Source: a bacterium | Lineage (GTDB): Bacteria; Sysuimicrobiota; Sysuimicrobiia; Sysuimicrobiales; Humicultoraceae | Length of the DNA stretch: 19,416 nt | Assembly: GCA_041497675.1 (NCBI GenBank) | Contig: JBGQGY010000072.1 | Coordinates: 1 to 19,416 of the forward strand | Direction of reading: 5' to 3' | Shown: positions 1 to 6,796 of the stretch, in pieces | Numbering within the stretch: the first letter of the stretch is position 1 | Layout of the letters: every line of letters starts with the position of its first letter | The notes under the pieces: generated by a model | Told to the model about the DNA's origin: nothing | What the model saw: the letters and a program-made list of their open reading frames with translations, nothing else | Databases searched by the model: none | Position numbers and translations under genes: made by a program

Positions 1-72
1 CCATCGTCTAGGGGACCAGGACGCGGCCCTCTCAAGGCCGAAACGGGGGTTCGAATCCCCCTGGGGCCACCA
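1..72 (+). tRNA. tRNA-Glu (anticodon CTC), first ~4 nt lie outside the window
   Basis: Anticodon stem CGGCC(24-28)/GGCCG(36-40) with loop CTCTCAA (CTC at 31-33); T arm GGGGG-TTCGAAT-CCCCC (45-61); acceptor 3' strand TGGGGCC, discriminator A and encoded CCA ending at 72. Confidence 0.96.
54..72 (+). repeat. attL-like core (tRNA 3' end), direct repeat copy 1
   Basis: AATCCCCCTGGGGCCACCA is identical at 54-72 and 5654-5672 (21/22 match when extended to 51/5651). Confidence 0.92.
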
Positions 73-184
73 TCCCTTCGCGTGTTTCAAGCCCTGCACC
101 GGCGAGCACCCCGCCAAGTCTTAGTCGCCCGCTGAACCGATCGCCGCGCCGGCCCCCCTCGGCTACCACCCATGCCGCGTAGCA

Positions 185-365
185 CCTCGGTGTAGGTCTT
201 GTCCTTCGAGAGGGGGAGCGCGGGTCGTCGGCGAGGTCGAGACCGCGAAGGCTCCGGCGACGTCCATGTGAGGGACCCATCAAGGCCACGAACTCCCCCT
301 TGTCAACGTGCAGGGAGAGACCGCGCAGCGGCGCGACGTCGGTGTCTCCCACTCGATACGAGCTT
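185..365 (-). pseudogene. N-terminal remnant of a LolD/MacB-type ABC transporter ATP-binding protein
   Basis: Minus strand reads SYRVGDTDVAPLRGLSLHVDKGEFVALMGPS and breaks inside Walker A (no GKST); degenerate GLD..PT..LEGQDL follows in shifted frames. Confidence 0.75.
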
Positions 366-427
366 TGCGGGACAAGTGGCGCCAGCGAAACGCCTGGCGC
401 CAGCGAGTGCCATCGGACCGCCCTCGG

Positions 428-595
428 TCACACTGCTAGCATACGCCTCATTTCCTCGAACTGCTCGCGCGTGATTTCCCCGAGCGCATAGCGTCGCTTG
501 AGAATGTCTAGCAGTGATTCATTCTCCGGCGCGCTTGTCGCTGCTGTTTGAGTGTTATGCTCCGAGTGATCCATTCCATGCATTAGCATGCACAT
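428..595 (-). CDS. Small SHOCT-domain protein with a Met/His/Cys-rich N-terminus
   Basis: GGAGGAGG RBS just upstream of ATG 595; MCMLMHGMDHSEH...LLDILKRRYALGEITREQFEEMRRML (SHOCT signature). Confidence 0.85.
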   Translation of the reverse strand: MCMLMHGMDHSEHNTQTAATSAPENESLLDILKRRYALGEITREQFEEMRRMLAV

Positions 596-658
596 TTCGT
601 TCCTCCTCCGTTTGCACATCCAGTTCTTCTATTCCAACAAGATCGCCGCCCGAGCCAC

Positions 659-1132
659 TTACGGTAGCGTCTTCAAGTAGGCAAGTAGGTCATTCCACTC
701 GGGGTCGGTCGGCTGCCAGCGCGGCATTGGCCAGTCGAGTGGCTTGCCTTCCGCATCAATCCCCTGGGTGACTGCGCGCCGGATCAGGTCATCCGTGTAG
801 ATTGGGCCGCGTGTGCCATCTGGCTCTAACATGCCAGCCGAGTCAATGAGATTGCGGTAGGTGATGTTGGGGCCAACGAACATCGGCGTGCGCCAACCAT
901 GGCCGTCCAGCCCATGACAGCTGGCACAGCTTGCTCGCATCATCATGCCTCCAGAATAGGGAATCGGCCGCCCATCTGGATCGGCTCCTGTTCTGAAAAT
1001 CCATTCTCCTCGCGCGGCTGGAGTGCCGCTCGAAAGACCCAGGGTATTACCCCGGGAGCCGAGCAGCAGCAGTCCCACGATTCCGATGGCGAGGAGTGCT
1101 ATCCCGATGAACGATAGTTCCTTCGCTCGCAT
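659..1132 (-). CDS. Membrane-anchored monoheme c-type cytochrome
   Basis: N-terminal hydrophobic helix (LSFIGIALLAIGIVGLLLLG), CASCH heme motif, distal MPRW methionine and LLAYLKTL C-terminal helix. Confidence 0.9.
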   Translation of the reverse strand: MRAKELSFIGIALLAIGIVGLLLLGSRGNTLGLSSGTPAARGEWIFRTGADPDGRPIPYSGGMMMRASCASCHGLDGHGWRTPMFVGPNITYRNLIDSAGMLEPDGTRGPIYTDDLIRRAVTQGIDAEGKPLDWPMPRWQPTDPEWNDLLAYLKTLP

Positions 1133-1286
1133 AGTTCCTGCTCAAGATCCCGCCGGATCCTCAAGGTCTTTGCGCAGCTGCGATGAATCCGCAGCGAACG
1201 GTTTGCGAAGAAAGTGTGAGTTCTCACTTCCATGGATACCCCCCGGGAGTGCGATGCACTATCGGGTGAGCGACGGATTTTGCGAG

Positions 1287-1315
1287 TTGACAGTGCCTGC
1301 AAGCGGAATTACCAT
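1287..1315 (+). promoter_or_regulatory. sigma70-type promoter of the arsR-sqr-dsrEFH operon
   Basis: TTGACA (1287-1292), 17-nt spacer, TACCAT (1310-1315), ~45 nt upstream of the ArsR start. Confidence 0.75.
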
Positions 1316-1330
1316 GAGTGTAGTTTATAG

Positions 1331-1349
1331 AATTCATTACTATGAAATT
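1331..1349. promoter_or_regulatory. Putative ArsR-family operator
   Basis: AT-rich inverted repeat TTCAT-TACT-ATGAA (1333-1346), also readable as ATTC-N8-GAAA, just downstream of the predicted transcription start. Confidence 0.55.
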
Positions 1350-1360
1350 GAGATTTTCCT

Positions 1361-1702
1361 ATGCGACGAGGATCGCCGGATCGCTCAATTTTTGAGTTGC
1401 ACGCTCAGATCTGCCAGGCGCTGGCGAGCGCCAAGCGCCTGGAAATCCTTGATGCGCTCCGCGACGGGGAGCGCTCGGTGAGTGAGCTCATCGACGCGCT
1501 AGGCGTGCGCAAAGCGAACGTTTCTCAGCACCTGGCCGTGATGCGAGCCAAGGGGATTGTGGTGGCACGGCGGGAAGGCCAGACGATCTTTTACCGCCTC
1601 GCCACGCCGAAGGTCATTCAGGCGTGCGACCTGATGCGGCAGGTGTTGCTTGAGCGTCTGGAGCACAGCGGGCGGCTCGCCAGGAAGGCGGTCGGGAAAT
1701 GA
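1361..1702 (+). CDS. ArsR/SmtB-family transcriptional repressor (two Cys)
   Basis: ALASAKRLEILDAL...SVSEL...VSQHLAVMRAKGIVVARREGQTIFYRL winged HTH; stop overlaps the next start (ATGA). Confidence 0.95.
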   Translation: MRRGSPDRSIFELHAQICQALASAKRLEILDALRDGERSVSELIDALGVRKANVSQHLAVMRAKGIVVARREGQTIFYRLATPKVIQACDLMRQVLLERLEHSGRLARKAVGK

Positions 1703-2946
1703 CAAGCAAGACCGTGGTCATCCTCGGTGGTGGGGTGGGCGGTCTCGTGGCCGCCAACGAACTGCGCCGGCGGCTCCCCCAGCAGCACCGTGTGATACTC
1801 GTCGAAAAGGATCCCCGGCATGCATTCGCGCCATCGTTTCTCTGGGTGATGGTCGGTGATCGGCGGCCGGATCAGATTACACGCGACATGCGGACCCTAG
1901 TCTCGCGCGGCGTCGAGGTCACGCAGGCCCAAGTCGTCGGGATTGAGCCTGGTGGCGGGCGCGTGGAGACCACCAGGGGGCCGATCCATTTCGACTCCTT
2001 GGTGATCGCGCTCGGGGCTGAATACGCGCCCGAGATGGTGGCCGGACTAACGGAAGCAACGCACACCTTCTACACGTGGGAGGGCGCTACACGTCTCCAC
2101 CAAGCCCTGCAAGCATTTCCTGATCGCGGTGGACGCGTGGCGGTCGTCGTGAGCGCCCTGCCTTACAAGTGTCCCGGCGCTCCTCACGAAGGGGCGATGC
2201 TGCTCGCTGACTACTTCCGACGCCGCAACCTCGGGAGCCGGGTCGAGGTGCATCTCTACACCCCAGAACCCCAGCCGATGCCGGTGGCGGGCCCTGCTCT
2301 GGGCGAAGCGCTCAAAGAGATGCTTCAAATGCGGGGCGTGCTCTTCCACCCGCTGCACAAACTCGTGGCAGTGGACCCCGACGCACGCGAATTGGCGTTC
2401 GAGGGGCAGGCACCGGTGAAATTTGACCTCCTGGTCGCCATCCCGCCTCACAGAAGCCCGAGGGTCGTACGCGATGCCGGTCTGACCGGCGAGACGGGAT
2501 GGATCCCGGTGGAGCGGGCCACGCTGAGAACCCGTTACGAGAACGTCTACGCGGTGGGCGACGTGACGGCGATCTCGATCCCCGGGCGCTGGAAGCCCGA
2601 GATTCCTCTGATGCTGCCGAAGGCGGGGGTGTTCGCCCACGCCCAGGCCGAGGTGGTCGCGCGGCGGATTGCCGCTGAGATCGCCGGTGCCCCGATCACC
2701 GCTGAGTTCGGGGGGAACGGCTACTGCATGCTGGAGGCGGGAAAGGCGACGGCGGGCTTTGCCTTCGGGGATTTCTTCGCGGAGCCCAGCCCGAAGATGG
2801 AACTCCGGCGGCTGGGCCGCTCCTGGCACTGGGGAAAGGTGCTGTTCGAGCGGTGGTGGCTGACGCCACCGGGGCCGCGGCGTGAGGCGCTCCGCATGGC
2901 ACTCGGGCTTGGCGCCAGATGGTTAGGCGTTCCGGCTGTCGCGTGA
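1699..2946 (+). CDS. Sulfide:quinone oxidoreductase-like FAD-dependent oxidoreductase (SQR/FCSD family)
   Basis: GxGxxG Rossmann motif (ILGGGVGG), KCPGAPHE and GYCMLE redox cysteines, NVYAVGD FAD motif, PKAGVFA, amphipathic C-terminus WGKVLFERWWL. Confidence 0.88.
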   Translation: MTSKTVVILGGGVGGLVAANELRRRLPQQHRVILVEKDPRHAFAPSFLWVMVGDRRPDQITRDMRTLVSRGVEVTQAQVVGIEPGGGRVETTRGPIHFDSLVIALGAEYAPEMVAGLTEATHTFYTWEGATRLHQALQAFPDRGGRVAVVVSALPYKCPGAPHEGAMLLADYFRRRNLGSRVEVHLYTPEPQPMPVAGPALGEALKEMLQMRGVLFHPLHKLVAVDPDARELAFEGQAPVKFDLLVAIPPHRSPRVVRDAGLTGETGWIPVERATLRTRYENVYAVGDVTAISIPGRWKPEIPLMLPKAGVFAHAQAEVVARRIAAEIAGAPITAEFGGNGYCMLEAGKATAGFAFGDFFAEPSPKMELRRLGRSWHWGKVLFERWWLTPPGPRREALRMALGLGARWLGVPAVA

Positions 2947-2956
2947 GACGAATGCA

Positions 2957-3325
2957 GTGATCCTCAACGGCGTTTTTAGCATCTTACCCGTGCCGGCCGC
3001 CTCAGGACGATCTAACGCGGTAGAGGTCTTCGACCGCGCGGCCGAGCGCTATAACGCGTGGTTCGACTCTCGGCAGGAACGGATGCTCTTTCGAGCCGCG
3101 GTCCAGGCGATCCACCAGATTGTCCGCCACGTGCTGAAGAGTCCAGCGGGCCCAGCCCCAGAGGTTGGAGTCGGTACAGGTCGATTTGCTCAGGTTCTCG
3201 GAGTTCCCTATGGCGTGGATCCGGCTTTAGGGGCACTACGACTCGCCCGGCGCCGTGGCATCCGCGTCGTCCAGGCCCGTGGAGAAGCTCTACCGTTTGT
3301 CTGTCTGCTCGCGAGGAGGTCATAG
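2957..3325 (+). pseudogene. Truncated class I SAM-dependent methyltransferase (N-terminal half only)
   Basis: VFDRAAERYNAWFD, EVGVGTGRFA motif I, GVDPA..ARRRGIRVVQARGEALPF; similarity ends there and TAG follows. Start uncertain. Confidence 0.75.
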
Positions 3326-3326
3326 C

Positions 3327-3704
3327 TTGGAGCCGGAGGGCCCTGCATCACACAAGACGCTGACCATATTTCTGGCGGCAACTCCCTACGCTGGCGAGCA
3401 GGCCTCCACGGCGATCCGTCTGGCGAGGGCGGCGATCAATGCTGGTCATCGAGTGAGCATTTTTGCGTCCGCCGATGGCGTCTATGGGTTCACCGTGGGA
3501 CATCGGGCCAAAGGCCTACCTAACGCTGAGACCGGCTTCGGCGACCTCATCGCACGGGGAGCACACGTCGAGCTCTGCGGGAGTTGCCTGGCCACTCGAG
3601 GCCTGAAGCGGGAGAGCCTGCTACCAGGCGCTGATCCATCGTCGCTCGAAAAGCTGTTCCGCTTGATCCGAGAGAGCGATGTACTCCTCACCCTGGGGGA
3701 GTGA
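3327..3704 (+). CDS. dsrE: DsrE/TusD-like sulfurtransferase subunit
   Basis: GGAGG RBS before TTG 3327; TPY..A.RLA.AA...GHRVSIF..ADGVY and ELCGSCLATRG (active-site Cys region). Confidence 0.85.
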   Translation: MEPEGPASHKTLTIFLAATPYAGEQASTAIRLARAAINAGHRVSIFASADGVYGFTVGHRAKGLPNAETGFGDLIARGAHVELCGSCLATRGLKRESLLPGADPSSLEKLFRLIRESDVLLTLGE

Positions 3705-3705
3705 C

Positions 3706-4077
3706 ATGGACTCGTTCTGCATCCTGTTCCGGAAGGCACCGTACGGCACGATCGTGGCGGCGGAGGGACTCCGGCACCTCATCGCAGCTGCGGGGATGAT
3801 GGCAGCCCGCGCCATATTGCTCGACGACGGTGTCTACCTGGCGAAGCGCGGGCAAGAGCCGGGCGACAGCGGATGGATCAATCTGTCTCAGACGCTGGAG
3901 AAGGCTCTGGCCGACTGCCGGGCCGACCCATCCTGCCAGTTGCACGTGTACGTGCACGAAGGTTCGCTCAAAGAGCGGAACCTCGATCCCGCTGTTCTCG
4001 TGTCGGGCGTGGAACTCGCTGACGACGACCAAGTGGCTACGGTGATCGCCGAAGCCCGTCGCATGCTTATATTCTGA
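3706..4077 (+). CDS. dsrF: DsrF/TusC-like subunit
   Basis: ATG 2 nt after the dsrE stop; FRKAPYGT..AAEGLR, LLDDGVYL, YVHEGSLKERNL, ends in LIF. Confidence 0.85.
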   Translation: MDSFCILFRKAPYGTIVAAEGLRHLIAAAGMMAARAILLDDGVYLAKRGQEPGDSGWINLSQTLEKALADCRADPSCQLHVYVHEGSLKERNLDPAVLVSGVELADDDQVATVIAEARRMLIF

Positions 4078-4087
4078 GGGTGCGCTG

Positions 4088-4423
4088 ATGTCGAAGGTGC
4101 TTCTCATGATCGCCAGTTCTCCTCGCAGCATGGAAGCGCAACGCGCCTTTCATCTCGCGCGCACGTTGCACACGCAACGCCGGACCGTCTCTGTCGTCCT
4201 TCTGCAGGATGCCGTCCTGGCTGCCGTCGGGAACGGGCCTGCTCAGGACCCCGACGGTCTCGCCATGCTAGTGCCACGAGGAGTATCCGTCTACGTCTGC
4301 GAGCACGACCTGACACTGCGCGGGTTCGCGCCCGACATGATCGGCGGGGCCCAATCCGTGAACGATCAGCGCATCGTCGATCTGATGGTTGCCGACGACA
4401 CCCGCACCTTCGGGTGCTTCTAG
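4088..4423 (+). CDS. dsrH: DsrH/TusB-like subunit
   Basis: VVLLQDAVLAA, VYVCEHDLTLRGF, IVDLMV; third gene in canonical E-F-H order. Confidence 0.82.
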   Translation: MSKVLLMIASSPRSMEAQRAFHLARTLHTQRRTVSVVLLQDAVLAAVGNGPAQDPDGLAMLVPRGVSVYVCEHDLTLRGFAPDMIGGAQSVNDQRIVDLMVADDTRTFGCF

Positions 4424-4530
4424 GCGATGTGTGGTGCGGGAGTGAGTCATCCAATAGATCGACGGGAAATGTGAATACTCGGTAAGGGGCGGCACAGCCG
4501 TTCTCCCTCTCAAAGACGAGGTGAAGGATC

Positions 4531-4878
4531 ATGAGTGGACGTGATATTGGGATCATCGCGCTGGTGATCATTGGAGTGCTCCTCCTGGTCCCGGTACTCG
4601 GCGGAAGCATGATGGGTGGTTGGGGAATGGGCCCGGGAATGATGGGCGGCCAGTGGTACGGGGGACGTGGGGGCTGGGGCATGCCGCTCGTAGGTGGGCT
4701 GTTCTGGCTGGCCATTCTGGCCGGCATCGTTCTGCTGATCACTTCGGCCGCTCGCCATCAAGGGCCGTCGCGCCCCGCCGGCGCTGAGGAGCCGCCGCTA
4801 GACATTCTGAAGCGCCGCTTGGCGAAGGGTGAGATCACACGCGAAGAGTATGAATCGCTCAAGAAGGAACTCTCATGA
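4531..4878 (+). CDS. Two-TM membrane protein with Gly/Met-rich loop and C-terminal SHOCT domain
   Basis: GAGG/AAGGA RBS; TM1, MMGGWGMGPGMMGG loop, TM2, PLDILKRRLAKGEITREEYESLKKEL. Confidence 0.9.
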   Translation: MSGRDIGIIALVIIGVLLLVPVLGGSMMGGWGMGPGMMGGQWYGGRGGWGMPLVGGLFWLAILAGIVLLITSAARHQGPSRPAGAEEPPLDILKRRLAKGEITREEYESLKKELS

Positions 4879-5062
4879 GGCGGTGAGGACGCTAAGCCCT
4901 CTTGGCTCGGCGGAACGAATGCTTGCGGCGGCAGCGATGAGTCTGCCGGGCGTGAGTACGCTGCCAGGGTTCGGAGAACTTCACGCGTGCTGAAGCGCAG
5001 TTCCTCAGTACCCACGAGGGCGGCATCACCGGCGCTCGTACAGCCGAGCTACAGCTGGTACC

Positions 5063-5225
5063 TTATCCGCCGGCGAGGAGTCGGTCCATCCTCGCCGCGG
5101 CCGCCTTCTGGCATCGAAGGCACCGTGTGCGAATAGGTGTCCAGCGTCATACTGATCGCCGAGTGCCCAGGTGTCTCCTGCCCGACCTTGGGTAGGGCCT
5201 GCTCTGCAGGTGCAGCGTGGCGTCG
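5063..5225 (-). pseudogene. C-terminal remnant of a tyrosine recombinase/integrase
   Basis: Frameshifted pieces ATLHLQ / PKVGQETPGHSAISMTLDTYSHTVPSM / QKAAAARMDRLLAGG-TAA(5065-5063) match the box II LGH...T..Y.H motif carrying the catalytic Tyr. Confidence 0.88.
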
Positions 5226-5274
5226 GTTGGCGGGTTCGAGACCCTGAAGGCCGCCCCTGCGGCGACAATGAACT

Positions 5275-5400
5275 AGTCCAACCGCAGACGCTCTATTGCC
5301 CCGGCCCGCCGGTGCGCATGCGGCAGGTCGACCTAGGCGGCTAGCGCGACGCTGGCGAAGGTGACTTCGAGCGAACGCGCGGCGCCGTCGAATCTCCCTG
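5275..5400 (+). repeat. ~127-bp imperfect direct repeat, copy 1 (att-arm-like, ends in degenerate core TCGAATCTCCCTG)
   Basis: AGTCCAACCGCAG...CAGGTCGACCTAGGCGGCTA...GGCGAAGGTGACTTCGAGC...GCCGTC aligns with 5535-5663 (about 13 substitutions and 3 gap positions by manual alignment). Confidence 0.9.
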
Positions 5401-5534
5401 ACGGAGCAGACCGCCGGCACCGGCTATGCCGGGCAGTGGGAAAGGACGGGAACGCGTACCGCGATCTCCTCACGAGCAATGAAAACTACAGGGTTGAGCA
5501 AGCCCCCGCTACCGAAGATCTTTCGGGCGGCCTC

Positions 5535-5663
5535 AGTCCAACCGCAGCCGCTCTATCGCGCTGGCCCGCTAGGTGCGCCTGCGCTACAGGTCGACCTAGG
5601 CGGCTAACGCGACGCCGGCGAAGGTGACTTCGAGCAAACGCGCGGTGCCGTCAAATCCCCCTG
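5535..5663 (+). repeat. ~127-bp imperfect direct repeat, copy 2 (runs into attR core)
   Basis: Aligns with 5275-5400 and continues directly into the tRNA 3'-end duplicate. Confidence 0.9.
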
Positions 5664-5672
5664 GGGCCACCA
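5654..5672 (+). repeat. attR-like core (duplicate of tRNA-Glu 3' end)
   Basis: Identical to 54-72, including the terminal CCA. Confidence 0.92.
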
Positions 5673-5714
5673 CTGGCGCCCACATCGTCGCTGTGCGGGT
5701 CGTACACTGAGGCC

Positions 5715-6464
5715 ATGAATAGTGACGGCGTTCTCCTGCCCGTCTTGATCCTGGCGATGGCACTGCTCTACTCGTCCGTGGGGCACGCCGGCGCCTCGGG
5801 CTACTTGGCGGCAATGGCGTTGTTCGGGGTTTCGCCCACGATCATGAAACCCTCCGCGCTGGTGCTCAATATTCTTGTGGCCAGCATCGCGGTAGTGCAG
5901 TTCGCGCGGGCGGGCCGGGTCTCATGGTCGGCACTCTGGCCATTCACGGTCGGCTCGATCCCGCTCGCGTTTCTCGGCGGGGCGCTGCACCTTCCGGGCA
6001 CGATCTACAAACCGCTGGTGGGGGCAGTGCTCCTGTTTGCCGCTGGCCGCCTGCTCTGGTCCACGTTCCAGGAGACGGCGAGCCAGACGCGTGCTATCCG
6101 TAACGTTCCACCCGTGCCAGCCGTCGTCGCAGGGGCGGTCATTGGCCTTCTCGCGGGACTCACCGGCACCGGTGGCGGCATCTTTCTCAGCCCGCTTCTG
6201 CTCCTTACGGGGTGGGCTGAGATCCGCGGGACCGCGGGGGTCTCGGCGGCGTTCATTTTGGTGAACTCTGTCGCCGGATTGGCAGGCAACCTCACGAGTG
6301 TGCGGCAGGTGCCGGCGGCGGCACTCGTGTGGGCGGCAGCGGCTGCGATGGGTGGCCTCGTCGGTGCCCGCCTGGGAAGCCGCCGACTGGCGAGCATGAC
6401 GCTCCGGCGTCTTCTCGCGCTGGTGCTGGTGATCGCCGGAACCAAACTCCTCCTCGGCATCTAG
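5715..6464 (+). CDS. TauE/SafE (TSUP) family sulfite/sulfur-compound exporter
   Basis: About 8 hydrophobic helices; YSSVGHAGASGYLA and GLLAGLTGTGGGIFLSPLL repeats typical of the family. Confidence 0.92.
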   Translation: MNSDGVLLPVLILAMALLYSSVGHAGASGYLAAMALFGVSPTIMKPSALVLNILVASIAVVQFARAGRVSWSALWPFTVGSIPLAFLGGALHLPGTIYKPLVGAVLLFAAGRLLWSTFQETASQTRAIRNVPPVPAVVAGAVIGLLAGLTGTGGGIFLSPLLLLTGWAEIRGTAGVSAAFILVNSVAGLAGNLTSVRQVPAAALVWAAAAAMGGLVGARLGSRRLASMTLRRLLALVLVIAGTKLLLGI

Positions 6465-6474
6465 TCATAATCGC

Positions 6475-6796
6475 TCATGACGGGGTTCGCCGCGAGGCCC
6501 GCGCGGCCGCGGCAATCTGGGCATGGAGCCGCTCGACGGCCTCGGGATCCGCGTGTCGCGCGAAGAGTTCGATGGCCAGGCCCTCCAGCGAGGCCCGCAC
6601 CTCATAGAGCGCCTTCGAGTTCCAATTTGCGGAGCGCTTCGCGGATCGGCGTCCGGCTCACACCCATCTGCTGCGCGAGTTGACGCTCGGGGATCCGCTG
6701 ACCGGGCCGGAAGTGGCCGGAGAGAATCGCGTCGCGCAGCTTGCGCAGCGCCAGGTCGCGGGTGGGGACGTTTTCGGTAATCAGCAGCCTCGTCAT
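6475..6796 (-). pseudogene. GntR-family (FadR/FCD type) regulator, frameshifted by an internal deletion and C-terminally truncated
   Basis: HTH LRDAILSGHFRPGQRIPERQLAQQMGVSRTPIREALRKLELEG stops at 6602; another frame continues KALYEVRASLEGLAIELFARHADPEAVERL (FCD start) and stops at 6475. The wing/linker segment is missing. Confidence 0.85.

Larger units (their letters stand above)
73..5672. mobile_element. Decayed genomic island integrated at the tRNA-Glu 3' end
   Basis: Flanking tRNA 3'-end direct repeat, internal tyrosine-integrase remnant (5063-5225), several gene fragments, and visibly AT-richer stretches (e.g. 540-660, 1300-1400) than the downstream genes. Confidence 0.85.

Noticed and set aside
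377..402. Hairpin TGGCGCCAG-N8-CTGGCGCCA after the SHOCT gene as a terminator
   Set aside because: No U-tract on either strand, and it is equally explained by a 12-bp tandem duplication of a palindromic word.
1212..1230. TGTGAGTTCTCACT as a CRP/FNR site
   Set aside because: The spacer is 4 nt rather than 6. The GTGAG-TT-CTCAC inverted repeat is real but cannot be assigned to a regulator.
4758..5015. ORF MGTEELRFSTREVLRTL as a HicA-like toxin fragment
   Set aside because: The resemblance covers only a few residues, the HicA GSH motif is absent and the ORF overlaps the SHOCT gene.
5275..5663. Repeat pair as a CRISPR array
   Set aside because: Only two ~127-bp units, no short repeat-spacer periodicity and no cas genes.
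5640..5672. Second tRNA gene
   Set aside because: Only the T-loop to CCA portion matches; there is no D arm, anticodon arm or 5' acceptor strand.
6602..6604. Selenocysteine readthrough of early TGA stops (GntR 6602, SHOCT 16424)
   Set aside because: Homology resumes in a different frame, so these are frameshifts, not in-frame recoding.
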